From positions 2,095,984-2,159,983 of the forward strand of contig CAVNZM010000016.1 in assembly GCA_963693365.1 (NCBI GenBank): a stretch of DNA of 64,000 nucleotides. Reading direction: 5' to 3'. This DNA comes from Amoebidium appalachense. Its lineage: Eukaryota > Protista > Ichthyosporea. Shown in pieces: positions 27,001 to 38,559 of this stretch; position 1 is the first letter of the stretch; the number at the start of each line of letters is the position of its first letter. A program made the translations under genes and the position numbers. Under the pieces are notes generated by a model. The model made no database searches, was not told the DNA's origin, and saw only the letters and a list, made by a program, of their open reading frames with translations.

Positions 27001-29288
27001 CCGATGCCAAGGCCACCCACGACGACGGCACGTGCACCCACTACTTCTTCCACGGGTGTGTGTTCCATGGGTGCCCCGACTGCAACAGGCACGAGGATCT
27101 GACGATGAGGGTGGTGAAGAGGCCGGCCAGGGAGGCCTACGACAGCACCATGGCCCACGAGAGGTACATCCGTGCCCAGGGGCACAAGGTGCAGAGCATG
27201 TGGGAGTGCAGGTGGGACAGGCTGAGGCAGAGCCCCGAGGTCAAGGCTGCCCTTGCAGCACAGGCGGCACGGAGGGAGGGCACCGGCAGGGTGGCCCCCG
27301 TGCCCACGGGCCCGGTGCAGTTCCGTGATGCCTTCTTTGGTGGCCGTACGGAGGTCATCACCCGTCACATCGAGGTCAAGGAGGAGGACTGGCCGGAGGC
27401 CGGGCTCAAGTACGTCGACGTCACCTCTCTCTACCCGTACGTGATGATTGACAAGTACATGCCGGTGGGCAAGTCACAGTGGTTCACGTCACTGCCCATC
27501 AAGACGGAGGACCACCCCACGGCCATCGTCACGGATGCCCAGGTGCTGAAGGAGAGGCTCGACAAGACGTGCCGTATGACCCCCGGCTCCCCCCAGGCCA
27601 GGACCAAGGGGTACTTTGGTGTTGCACGTGTGAGGGTGCTCCCCCCCAAGGACCTGTTCATCCCCGTGCTGCCTGTGAGTATGACGGGTGCCCAGGGGTA
27701 CGACAAGCTGGGCTTTTTGCTGTGCCGGGCCTGCAGCAGCAAGGAGGAGGCCCGGGCCACCTGCATGGACGAGGACGGCAACCCCAGGGTACGTGAGCAC
27801 ACACTGTGCACACACACGGACGAGGAGAGGGCACTGGTGGGCACGTGGACGACGGAGGAGCTGAAGGTGGCCGTGCGTGATGGGTACACCATCCTCGACG
27901 TGTACGACGTGGTGCACTTCAAGAAACGCACCAAGAACCTCTTCCGGAAGTACGTGCAGACGTTCCTGAAGGTGAAGCTCACCAGCACCACCGTAGATCC
28001 AGCCGACATCCCCGCCCTCGTGCACCTGTTCAAGGAACACTACGGCATCACGGTGGCCGCCCACGAGTTCGAGCCCAACCCGGCCCTGCGTACCATCAGC
28101 AAGCTGTTTCTGAACAGCCTCTGGGGCAAGCTGGTGCAGAGGGCAGGGCTGGACACCATCGAGTTTGTCGACGACGTCGACAGGCTGAGGCTGCTGGTGA
28201 CGAACCCCAACCTGCTGGTGCTCGACGTCGAGCCCATCGGCGAGCAGAGGGTGGCCATCAAGTACCGGCCCAAGAAGGAGACGGCCCCACCCCCCTCCTA
28301 CGCCAACATTGCCATCGGCACGTTCGTGACGGCCCATGCCCGGCTGCACCTCTACGGGGCCCTCCGGTCCCTCTCCCCCCAGCAGGTGGTGTACATGGAC
28401 ACCGACTCCATCGTCTACCACTACGACAGCAGGGTGCCCCACCTCAGCCACAACATCGACTCCACCAACGGGGACTTGCTGGGCAACTGGAAGAACGAGA
28501 CGTCGACACCCATCGTCGAGTTTGTGGGGGTGGCCCCCAAGACGTATGCCTACCGCACCCAGGACGGCAAGACCGACGTGAAGGTCAAGGGCATCACCCT
28601 GTCCCGCCGGGCGGCCGACATGGTGAACCTCCCCAGCCTGCGCATGCTGGTGCACGGCGAGCTGCCGAGTGTGAGCGTCACCAACCACCGGCTGCTGCGG
28701 GAGCCCGTGCCCGGGGTCCCCCACAACTACCACCTGGCCAGCAAGGACCAGCGCAAGACACAGTCGGGGGCGTTCGACAAGAGGGGGGTGTTCGAGGCGG
28801 CCGACGGCAGTGTACGCAGCTACCCCATCGGGTGGGCGGCACCGGAGGGGAACCTGCAGTTTTGAGTGGGGGGAGGGGTAGGGGGGAGGGAGGGGGGTCA
28901 GTTAGGAGGTAGTCTAGCAGTGGAAAATTATGTGGTGTGTTTGTTAACTTAGCATTAGAAGAAAGAAAAATGGGGTGCAGAGTGCACGGGCAGGGGGGTC
29001 ACCGGCAGAAGAGGAAAAAGATGGTGTTTTTAGGCATACACCACGTGCACCGTATGCACGAGGGGAGGCAGCCAATAAATTCAGAGAGTAATGCAAAACC
29101 AAGCATGTCCAATGTGTCCTTCGGCAAAAGCAACACCAACACCGGAACCATACACGTGTACAAGGGCGGGAGGCTTGGCAAAAAGAGCAGGCACCAGCAC
29201 ATATAAAAGGCACACACGTGTGCACAGACACGTCACTTTTTTCCAACACAAAAACAGTCAACATCACGAATTAGGTGAACTTCGGCCG

Positions 29289-29330
<42 letters not shown>

Positions 29331-29341
29331 ACACGGAAAAA

Positions 29342-30243
29342 ATGGACGAAGACACGTTGCTAAGTATGGTGGCCAACACCACGGACCCTGAGAAGCTGCT
29401 AGACCTGTGCCCCTTCCTCTACGACATGTACTGCAACACCACCACACAGCCACGGCCACGGCCACAGGCACAAGGGTGCTGGTGGGCATACTGCAAGGAG
29501 AGGGAGACGTGCACAGGGGAACACGACGAATACGAGCACGACGGAGGGGACCAGGAGTACGTGTACGAGGAGGGGGGAGGGGGAGGGGGAGGGGGAGGGG
29601 GAGGAGGAGGAGGAGGAGGACTGGGTGTACGACGGGAGGGGGTGGGAGGGCAGCGACGGGGAGGGGAGGAAGACGTATGAGGGGTGCACGGCCTTCTGGG
29701 ACAGAAAGAGGTCACAGCCATACAGACACATTAACCACTTCAAGCAGCTGCTGCAGTCGGTGCAGGGCCTGAACTTCGAGGGGGTTGAATGCGAGCATGG
29801 GTGACATGCAGGAGGGGGTGGTGGCAGCATTCAGGGGCGTGCAAGGCATAGAGAACGCCGACCAGGCAAGGAGGGTGCTGAGACAGAACAAACTCACCCA
29901 ACACTACACACGCGTGCCTTACATACTTAACAGGTTGTACGGGCACCCCCTCCCCAGGTTTACGTGCGAGCAGTTGGAGGTCTTGACGGGCATGTTTAAG
30001 TTTTGCTTGTCGTGGCACCGGAGACACAAGGAGGACACACGGAAGAACTTTGTGGGGTACCCCTTCCTGTTGGTGAAAATGGTAGGGTTAGTGCGTGGTA
30101 TGGACGCGGGAGTAATAGCCAGGCTGGTGCCCACGGTCAAAAGCAAAGTGACTACAGTAAAGAGCGATAGGGTGTGGGCACGGCTGGAGAGGGACCTTAA
30201 AAACTACCACATGCTAGTGGAACATAACATGTTCTGCCTGTAG
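29342..30243 (+). CDS. VLTF3: VLTF3-like late transcription factor (frameshifts in G runs)
   Basis: PYRHINHFKQLL..QG, VLRQNKLTQHYTRVPYI..L.G.P.P, MF, RKNFVGYPFLL, KS....SDRVW follow the VLTF3 family pattern. Confidence 0.85.
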
Positions 30244-30374
30244 GCGGGTAGCCAGGTGCTACCTGCTCTGCATTTAGAGACAACACTGTGCACAATAGAA
30301 TGGGTTGTGGCAGGCGTGGGGTGGTAGTGGGGGTGTGCCAGCACGTGCCCACACTACCGTCGACCCGCCCAGGT

Positions 30375-30566
30375 TTATTTGAACACCACAGGTGCCGTAC
30401 GAATGGGTCTGTTGGCGTTGACGCCGGACAGTTTTACGGTGTAGGCCAGGGGACGTCGCCGAAAGTCCCGTATGGTGGACACGTCCATGACATTCAGGTT
30501 GTTGTTCTGTTCCGGGAAGATAAACGGCCTCTTGCGTGTGGGGGGCCCGCCGGGGTTGAGCTCCAT
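30375..30566 (-). CDS. Small viral hypothetical protein
   Basis: 63-aa ORF with ATCATGG start context, tightly packed with neighbours. Confidence 0.5.
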   Translation of the reverse strand: MELNPGGPPTRKRPFIFPEQNNNLNVMDVSTIRDFRRRPLAYTVKLSGVNANRPIRTAPVVFK

Positions 30567-30608
30567 GATGATGGTGCTGCAGGCTGTTTACACTAGCACA
30601 CACAATAT

Positions 30609-30833
30609 TTAAAAGTTTTGGAAGGAGCTCTGGTCGGCGGCCACGTCGGGCCACGGTGTGTAGGTGGGGGGTCTGGGCCTCATGGTCCCCCCTGGCCCCT
30701 CGACGACGTTGCCCGGGCCGTAGAACGGGCGGGTCTGTGGTGCGGGTCGGGCGCGGTAGGGTAGGGGTACGGGGAGGGGTGCCAGCGTGTGGGGCAAAGC
30801 GTGCATGCGCATGTGCTCGGTGCTGTGTGCCAT
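30609..30833 (-). CDS. Small viral hypothetical protein
   Basis: 74-aa ORF with GACATGG start context. Confidence 0.5.
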   Translation of the reverse strand: MAHSTEHMRMHALPHTLAPLPVPLPYRARPAPQTRPFYGPGNVVEGPGGTMRPRPPTYTPWPDVAADQSSFQNF

Positions 30834-30864
30834 GTCTGCCGCCGCTGCTGCCTAATGACGTAGA

Positions 30865-33397
30865 TTATTTGCCGGCACCCTTCTTCCTCTTGGCCGTGTT
30901 CTTCTTCTTCTCCTTGCTGGCTGTCTTGGTGCGGTACACCCCACGGGCAGACTTAGGGACCGGGCCACCCTCGACATACCCGGCGGCATGGCTGACCGGC
31001 ACAACCGTGACCCCTGGCCTGTGCACGTGTGCACGCAGGTGCGGGTGGTGTGGGTGCCTGGGCATGTCCCCCCTCCCGTAGTTGGCATGATGAGGTGCAC
31101 GGCCGCTGCCAGCCCAGGGGTGGCTGTGGGTGAAGGGGCACCGGTGTGGGTGGGCACGGGGAAGCTCGGACCATGTGGCCACGTGGGGGTGCCTGTGGGG
31201 GTGGGGTGAGCAGTAGCCGTGGCTGTTGGCGTGTACGGTAGGCGTGGTAAGCCAGTGTTGTTACTTTTGGTAGCAACCTTCAGCATGTGCAGAGCTACCC
31301 CCTTTGCTACCTTCTGGAGTTCTCCGAGGGTGTCACGGTTCCCCAACACGGCTTCTTGCAGGTTCGGGCCACCGCCACCAACACCGCCGTCAGCAATAGC
31401 CGGCTGGCCACCGTCACCATGGTGGCCCCTTACCACGTTGCCCAGAAGCTGGCGTGCTGCCCCCATGAACACCCCCCTCACGTAGGAGGCCACGGCAGGG
31501 TGGTCCCACCCCGTCTGGTCCTCCCTCACCCGCCTTGTGAACTCCTCCGGGCTCTCCCGCCCGAGCATGTCGAGGTGTTCCCGCAACCCCTGCCAAAAGG
31601 GACTCAGCACCCCCTCCTCGTCGGGTCGGGCGGGGGACGTGGGGGGTCTCCACACGGCGGCAGCACCCCCTGTTTGCGAGACCGCCCTCTTGGTGCTTGG
31701 GTACGTCGTCACGTCACCGTCATAGCCGATGGCTGCTGGGGTGGGGCTGGGGCTGGGGGTGGGCGTGGTGGTGGTGGTGGTGGTGGGGCCGTCAATACCA
31801 AGGGGCAGGTCTGAAAGCTTCCCCCCTCGCACACGGTACTCATACAGGGCCTGCCTCGAGGCCTTGGGCTCTTCCTTCTTGAGTCCCCAAGCTACGAATT
31901 TGATGGCTTGGTACGGGGCGAAACCCTGCAGAGCTTGATAATACTCGGGGTGTTTGTCCAACAACTCTTTCTCAAAGTCCCACATGGGCTCCTGGAACTC
32001 GTAATTGGCTGGTGCCAGAGCGTTTGCGACGTCCAAGAGCGTGACGTTGGACAAGGGTAGTTTCATTTTCCACACATCCAGCTCGTTGGTGGGCGTCGGT
32101 GTAGGTGTGACTGTGGGGTGGGCCTGGGACTCGGGCGTTGGGGGCGCAGGCACGAGGGGGAAGGCTTCGGCCCAAATTTGCAACGGCCACCCGCCAGACT
32201 TTGGCGGCCGTGGGGGGTATCATGGCCGGCGGGTCGGGTCCACGGTAGGCAGGAGACTGGGGGTACGGCGTTGTTGCCGGTTGTAGCGGTGGGGGGAAGG
32301 GTATGGCCGGGGCAGTCGGCCTCCGCCGTGGCCCGTTACGACCCATGGGCAGGCCGGTACCGTTCCCTTTGGCGGGCGACTGTGGCGGGGGTTGAACCGT
32401 CTGCGGCGGGAAGGGTATGGGTGGTCCGTCCGGCTTGGCCGGCAGGTGGGGGGCCATGGGGGTCTGTGTGTTGAGCTCCGGGGGGAAGGGCACGGGGGTG
32501 CCCGGTTCCTTGGGTGCCTTCCAATACAAGGACTCTGGCGGGGTGGGCATGGTGGGACCGGTCATATGGGGTGCCAAGACCCCCACATGGAGTGGGGAGG
32601 GGCGGTTGGGGTCGTTGCCGGCCAGGGTAACCGGCCGTGGACGTGGCCAGGCACTGGTCGTTGGCTCGTCGTCGTCGTCGTCGTCATCGGGAGGCGTGTG
32701 TAGAGGTTGTACCGGGGCTACGGTGGGTCCGTGGGCTACCGCAGGCTCCACAACGTCGACGTGTTTGCTTGCCACGGCCACCGGCCCGGGCAGTGACCCA
32801 GGACGGGTTGTGCTGGTCCGTGTCACCGGCAGACCGGTGCCTTTCCCTTTGCCGGGCACCCTCGACCGGTCCGGCTTGGACGTCGGGAGGGGTCGGCCCG
32901 TCGAGGGGGGAAAGGGTATGGGTGGACCGTTGGGCTTGGCCGGCAGGTGGGGTGCCGTGGGAGTCTGTGGGTCAAGCTCTGGGGGGAAGGCCACGGGGAC
33001 ACGGGGCGGGGGAGGCACCTCCCATTTCAGGGACTCTGGCGGGGTGGGCATGGTGGGGCCGGCCACATGGGGCGCCAGGGGCCCGAAGGAGGGTGCGGGC
33101 TCGTTATGGGGCCGGCGGCGTGGTGCGTTTGGGGCAGGGGTTTTGGGCGGTGGAGGTGGCTTGGGAGGTGGGGGGTACGGTATGGCCGGAGCCCGGCCCG
33201 GGGGTGTGGCCGGGACAGGTGGGGGGAGGGGTGGGGTCGGCAGGGGGGCCACGTCGGGCAAAGGGGGCGGAGGTGCCCTAGGTCTGTTCCACACGTACGT
33301 GCTACCATACTTGTCCTCAAAGTGCTCATAGCCAGGGTGGTAGGCTACGTCTACCTTCACCACCTCCGGCAACCGACCACCCCACATCAGCAAAGAT
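30865..33397 (-). pseudogene. Large proline-rich viral protein, 3' part (5' part at 50737-51044)
   Basis: Overlapping ORFs linked by C-run frameshifts. Duplicated ~56-aa module GPTMPTPPESL.W...AKP.GPPIPFPP; basic C-terminus. Confidence 0.7.
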
Positions 33398-33820
33398 CAC
33401 CCCCCATCCGAAACCTGTCCTGTACGACTTTAGGACGTCCTATCGTCGTTAATATATCTAAAAGATAGCTTAGGACGGGTTTAGGATAACCCGGAATTTC
33501 AGGATGGCAAGGCGTCTGAAACACATCCCATATATATTAAATACGTCTGGCATGGGTTCAAGACAGTGGACATCTTAAAGACGTAGTAAAGTCGTCTGAC
33601 AAGATGTCATACAGACACCTGGAAGTGCACTTATACCCATCAGCACAAGTCCGGATGTCCTTAACCCCCCTTTAAATTGTCCGATGGGTTGCGGATGCAT
33701 ACGGGATATATTAAAGACGTCTTTCGAATTTTCTGGTCTATTACGTCTTAAAGATATCCTGGACGGATTGAGGACATATTGTTATCATCCCGGAACATGG
33801 TGTAGTTAACAGATGTCCTA

Positions 33821-34786
33821 AAGACGTCTGCACTCATTCTACAGGATGTCTATGAGAGATACCGATACATATTATATAGATGTGTGTAAGATGCATTACA
33901 CACGCAAGTAAGTTGACACAAGGCGCTCGTGGGTTGGGCGTAGAGATATGTTAAAGATGTACTGCAGAGATCTTAGTACAATCTTTATCCTCTCTTAATC
34001 CCGTATGGCCATGCAACATTTGCGAAACGAACTGATTGCGTTAGGATGTCGTCAGGATATATCACAGCTAGGCAGTAGATCATCTAAGGAGATCTTGGGA
34101 GAGTTCTTTTGTAGCGCTTTTGGCCATCCCAATTATATCTTCAAGACAGGCCATGTCTGTGCATGTGATATGCTAACGCAATCTTAGGCATGTATTGGTG
34201 ATACCTTTCTGCGATCTTCACGCCCTATTTGGGGTAGCTTAAAGATGTTCAGAGTTGCAATTAGCTATTGTGTGAGGATTACTTTAGGACCTCTTTAAGA
34301 CGTCTGCACTCATTCTACAGGATGTCTATGAGAGATACCGATACATATTATATAGATGTGTGTAAGATGCATTATACACGCAAGTAAGTTGACACAAGGC
34401 GCTCGTGGGATGGGCGTAGAGATATGTTAAAGATGTAGTGCGGAGATCTTAGTACAATCTTTATCCTCTCTTAATCCCGTATGGCCATGCAACATTTGCG
34501 AAACGAACTGATTGCGTTAGGATGTGCACAGGATGTCGTCAGGATATATCACAGCTAGGCAGTGGATCATCTAAGGAGATCTTTGGAGAGTTCTTTTGTA
34601 GCACTATTGGCCATCCCAATTATATCTTCAAGACAGGCCATGTCTGTGCATGTGATATGCTAACGCAATCTTAGGCAAGTATTGGTGATACCTTTCTGCG
34701 ATCTTCACGCCCTATTTGGGGTAGCTTAGAGATGTTCAGAGTTGCAATTAGGTATTGTGTTAGGATTACTTTAGGACCTCTTTAAG
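33821..34786. repeat. Tandem duplication, ~476-bp unit
   Basis: AAGACGTCTGCACTCATTCTACAGG at 33821 and 34297; the second copy has a 10-bp insertion. Confidence 0.93.
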
Positions 34787-35476
34787 GGTTTAATGGGATC
34801 GATTTGGATGATCTTTAAGTGTTCCCTGGGATACAAAAGCAAAGCACGTATCGCTAACGAGCTCAGCCACGGCCTCTTTACCACCCTGTCAATGCCGATT
34901 ACCCAGGACCACGTTCCGTGATGTGAGGGTTAGCTCAATATATACGGCGGGAAAAGGGATTGCGCATTTGATTGTGGGATAGATTACTCCAACGTTTTTG
35001 ATTGGTTGTTTTTTAGGATCGAATTTCACACAGCATTCACAATGAAGGCGTCACAAGGTCACGCTTTTATTGAAACATGAAACATGAAGGCGTCGCGCAG
35101 GTGCGTGCGAGATGATAGCCAATGGAAACAAAGATTTACTGGAGGAGTGCAAAACAGAATCCGAAGCACTGTTATCTTACAATCATGATCCGTATAATGT
35201 AATTAAAACTGGGGCATTCAACTGCCAAATACAGAAGTTTTAGTTGTAATAATATTTAAGGTACCTATAAATTAGGCGAGATACTTTGGCAAACGGTGCA
35301 ATGCCTGCGCGGAGCAAGTGGCCGGTGCGTTGAATTTACCCTAAATAAACACATTAAAAAATAAAAAATAAAAAAATGCACAAAAAACGCAAAAAAACGC
35401 AAAGATATATATCGCATACCTTAGGAAGCTCCTAAGAATATCCTCACGCTATACTAGAGCTATACTTACTATTCTG

Positions 35477-35836
35477 TCAGTACGTCCTGAATAAATACGC
35501 CAACCATACCTGAAACTGCAGTGCGGATCGCCGACCATAAAACTCCTTACACCCCACCACCCTAAGATACACTCCCTCCTCACCTTCTTGCAGTCGAATA
35601 TAGCAGCTGTTCAAGTTGTATGGGAATATTTTTCTTTTCACTGGAAGAGGCAGATCCCCCCGTGGAGTCCCCCGTGCTTCAGCAGGCGTTAAGCCCGCCA
35701 GGAACAACTGCAGCTGTAGCGGCAGGAACTTTAGGCAATTGCCACGTCCTTCAAGCCTGGGGCTGGGGTCGAAGTTCCCTTCTGATGCAAAATAGGCATC
35801 CAGCTTTGCAAGGTGCAGGCCTTTCTTATCCTGCAA
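35477..35836 (-). CDS. Possible terminal exon or gene fragment inside the large insertion
   Basis: Complex 119-aa frame beginning at CAG acceptor-like sites; no recognised family. Confidence 0.3.
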   Translation of the reverse strand: MQDKKGLHLAKLDAYFASEGNFDPSPRLEGRGNCLKFLPLQLQLFLAGLTPAEARGTPRGDLPLPVKRKIFPYNLNSCYIRLQEGEEGVYLRVVGCKEFYGRRSALQFQVWLAYLFRTY

Positions 35837-35979
35837 GCCTGTGTTTGGGACAAAAGGATTCGAGTAGATCAGAGTAATCTTCCGCAGCGCAGCGGCGGGC
35901 CCGCCGGGGAGGGGGGGGGGGGGGGGGGGTGAGCCATCACGTTTGATGCCCCCCCCCCCCCCCCCCCTTCCCCCCCCTC

Positions 35980-36592
35980 TGTGGTATATTATACCGGATA
36001 TCTAGTATGGATGTACACAGGTTGAGATATACGCACACGTGTACATGTATATATACCACTGTGTTTGATCTTAGGTAGGCCAGTATGCATGTCCCTCCCA
36101 GTCTTGTGCGCATGAGCATGGAGTTAAACGTATGTGCACGTGCAACTTGCAGGATTATTCATGGGAAAACAGATATAATAGCCACATGGGACCGACACGT
36201 AGCAGAGGAACCATGAGCGTTAAGTTATAGTTTTATCATGGGAAAATATGCAAGTAGCCGCGTGAGGTATGACTGTGGAATGCATCGATAATCAAGTACT
36301 GTCACCCGATTGGCTCAATAGGTTTATTGGAACCGTGATAGCCATGGGACAGAACCGTGAACCGTATGTGATTGGCTCTCGTAGCCAAAAAGCACATACC
36401 GATGCGCATGTCTGAGCCGCTGTGCGAGCTCCGTTATAAGGGCATGTCGGGGGCTTCAGAGCTTACTTAGTGTGCTCGGCTTACTAGGTGTAAGTAGGAC
36501 TAGCACGTAACTAAGCAAAGCGTGGTCTAGTCAACCCCGTTCATTTTATAAACATATTGTTTGTCACAGACACACGATCTTATTATACAACA
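35980..36592 (+). repeat. 5' LTR
   Basis: TGTGGTATATT...TATACAACA. Confidence 0.97.
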
Positions 36593-36608
36593 GCTGAGCT
36601 ACACCCCC
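36593..36608 (+). promoter_or_regulatory. Non-canonical primer-binding site complementary to a tRNA 5' end
   Basis: GCTGAGCTACACCCCC; reverse complement GGGGGTGTAGCTCAGC matches tRNA-Ala-like nt 1-16. Confidence 0.7.
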
Positions 36609-36682
36609 TGCAGCGCTGTTCTTGTGCTGCAAGTGTGCTCGTATCAAGCAAGTACTATGTTTTTAGTTGTTTGGGTCCTAAC

Positions 36683-38559
36683 ATGTCTAACCACTTTGGT
36701 GACAACAATGCCGGCCCTAGTGGCCTGCATGGGGGGGAAGCTAGAAACGCCGACATCATTTTCCTGGAAGAACTCGGCTATAATGTTCCCCTTTCCCCCC
36801 CGGCTCTTCACCGTGGCACCCTCCTGGAGCAGACCTTCCGTTGCTCGACCGTGTCTACTTCCGTTCACACGACTTGCAACACGACAATCAATACTGCTTC
36901 TCTTTTCATTCAGGGGAAACCGACTACGGCCAATCATTTGACCCCGAAGACTTGCCACCTGAAGACAATCGACATTCATCAGTCGACCTTCTCCACGGGC
37001 TATATGTCGAGGTCAACGCAAACGCAAGCCGAGGCACCAGACGCCCTCATACGCGCCCTAACGGAGTATGCAAATTTGCACAACAAGACGGGCGTGAGCC
37101 TGGCAGCTTGGTGCTGGTGCGTTCTTGGGTGTCTCCTTCTGTTCGTGCTGCTGGCATTTTTGGTATCAAAGTTTGCCAGCTGTACAGCGCGCACGGCACT
37201 GTACCGTTCGTCGACGGCACTCACCTTGCTCCACCAACAACTACTCGCCCTCGCGAATGTATTCACTTCCAGGCAAAACTACGCGTGCCTTTCAGGGCAG
37301 TCTTCCCCCATCACTAAGTCACATGAATTTATCAATCAATTAGTGACTCTTAGTCGTGGTGAGCTCGACCTAGTGGTTACTTATTATGGTAACCGGGGCC
37401 CTCGAAAATTTCATCCAAGCATGCTCCCCTCGTGGGTTCGTGCCGGACGGGGCCCCCGTAAGAACTCTGGCCGTGGTGGTAGGGGTGGACGTGGTGGTGG
37501 CCGGGGGGGGCATAACAACCCCCCCTCCTGCTGCCAACGAAAATGGGGATGGTAATGCAGGTGGCGGTGGCCCCCCACCTCCCCCCGGACGGTGGTGCTG
37601 ACGGTGGTGCCGGTGGTGCTAATGGTGCCGGAGGTGCTAACGGTGCTGGTGGTGCCGGTGGTGGTGGTGGTGATGGTGGTGGCGACGACGGTGACGGTGG
37701 TGATGACGGTGACGGTAACGACGGCAACGGTGACGACCGGGAGGGGAAGGAAAAGATTCAACACATCCCCTCAGCAGCAATTCAGTCCCGTCCTATGCTC
37801 GAGGCAGATGCCGATATCGACGAATTCTACAAACAACTCCAACATCATTTAATTTTCTTTTGTATTATGGAGTTGGTGGGCTTAAATCGCACGTTGATGT
37901 TTATTCGTATGTGCATGGGCCCCGGGGACCCCCGAGATGCTGCCGACAACGTCGACCTTTCCACGTGCACCGGCATCGACGATTTTTGGGCTAAGTTCCT
38001 TGAGAAGTATTTAGACAAGGAACGTAAGGAGGAGCATTTTAACGAGCTGAACAAGCTTCGTTTTATGCACACTCGGGCCTCGATAAAGACATTCCACAAG
38101 AAATTTAATTGCATCATCTCCAACTCGGGTCTCAAGGACATGCCCGAGGTTGTGCTTCATCATTACCAACGTACCCTCAACGACTACCCGGACCTTTGTT
38201 CCGAGGCCCGGGCTGCAACCACCCTCAAACAAGCCATGGGCCGTGTCATCCGACGGTATGAGGCTGATGTGGGTGCTCACAATTTAAAATGTAACCGTAA
38301 TGTGGGTGCTGTAGATGAGATGGGTGGTGGTAGTGGGGGGCATGGTGGTGGTGGTGGTGGTCACGGGGGTGGCCACGGAGGTAGTGGGAGTAATGTTGGT
38401 GGTAAGGGTAAATCTAATGGGGGGGGCAAATGGGCTAAGGATAATAAGAAAGATAAGAGGGGGCCCAATTGTTGGGCTTGCAAGCAGCCGGGGCATCGTT
38501 TTAAAGATTGCCCCACCCGAGCTGCCAAGAAGAACAAGGGCAAGCAAAGTGATAAATAG
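36683..38559 (+). CDS. gag: Gag with N-terminal transmembrane-containing extension and CCHC knuckle
   Basis: Hydrophobic LAAWCWCVLGCLLLFVLLAFLV; Gly-rich linker with two C-run frameshifts; CWACKQPGHRFKDC; ends in TAG. Confidence 0.8.

Larger units (their letters stand above)
21626..28865 (+). pseudogene. polB: Protein-primed family B DNA polymerase (N-terminal TP/OTU-like and Cys-rich region, Vsr-like insert), disrupted by two solo LTRs
   Basis: Exonuclease LDFET, HNGSGFDFHF, YCVKDV; FFGGRTE; YVDVTSLYPYVM; KLFLNSLWGK; YMDTDS; PKTYAY. Insert FHGCVFHGCPDC..MWECRW. Frameshifts in C/G runs near 21760, 24260 and 25620. Confidence 0.95.

Noticed and set aside
25899-28733. Long antisense ORFs over polB (similar ones over MCP and the fiber gene)
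   Set aside because: Shadow frames caused by high GC3 codon bias.
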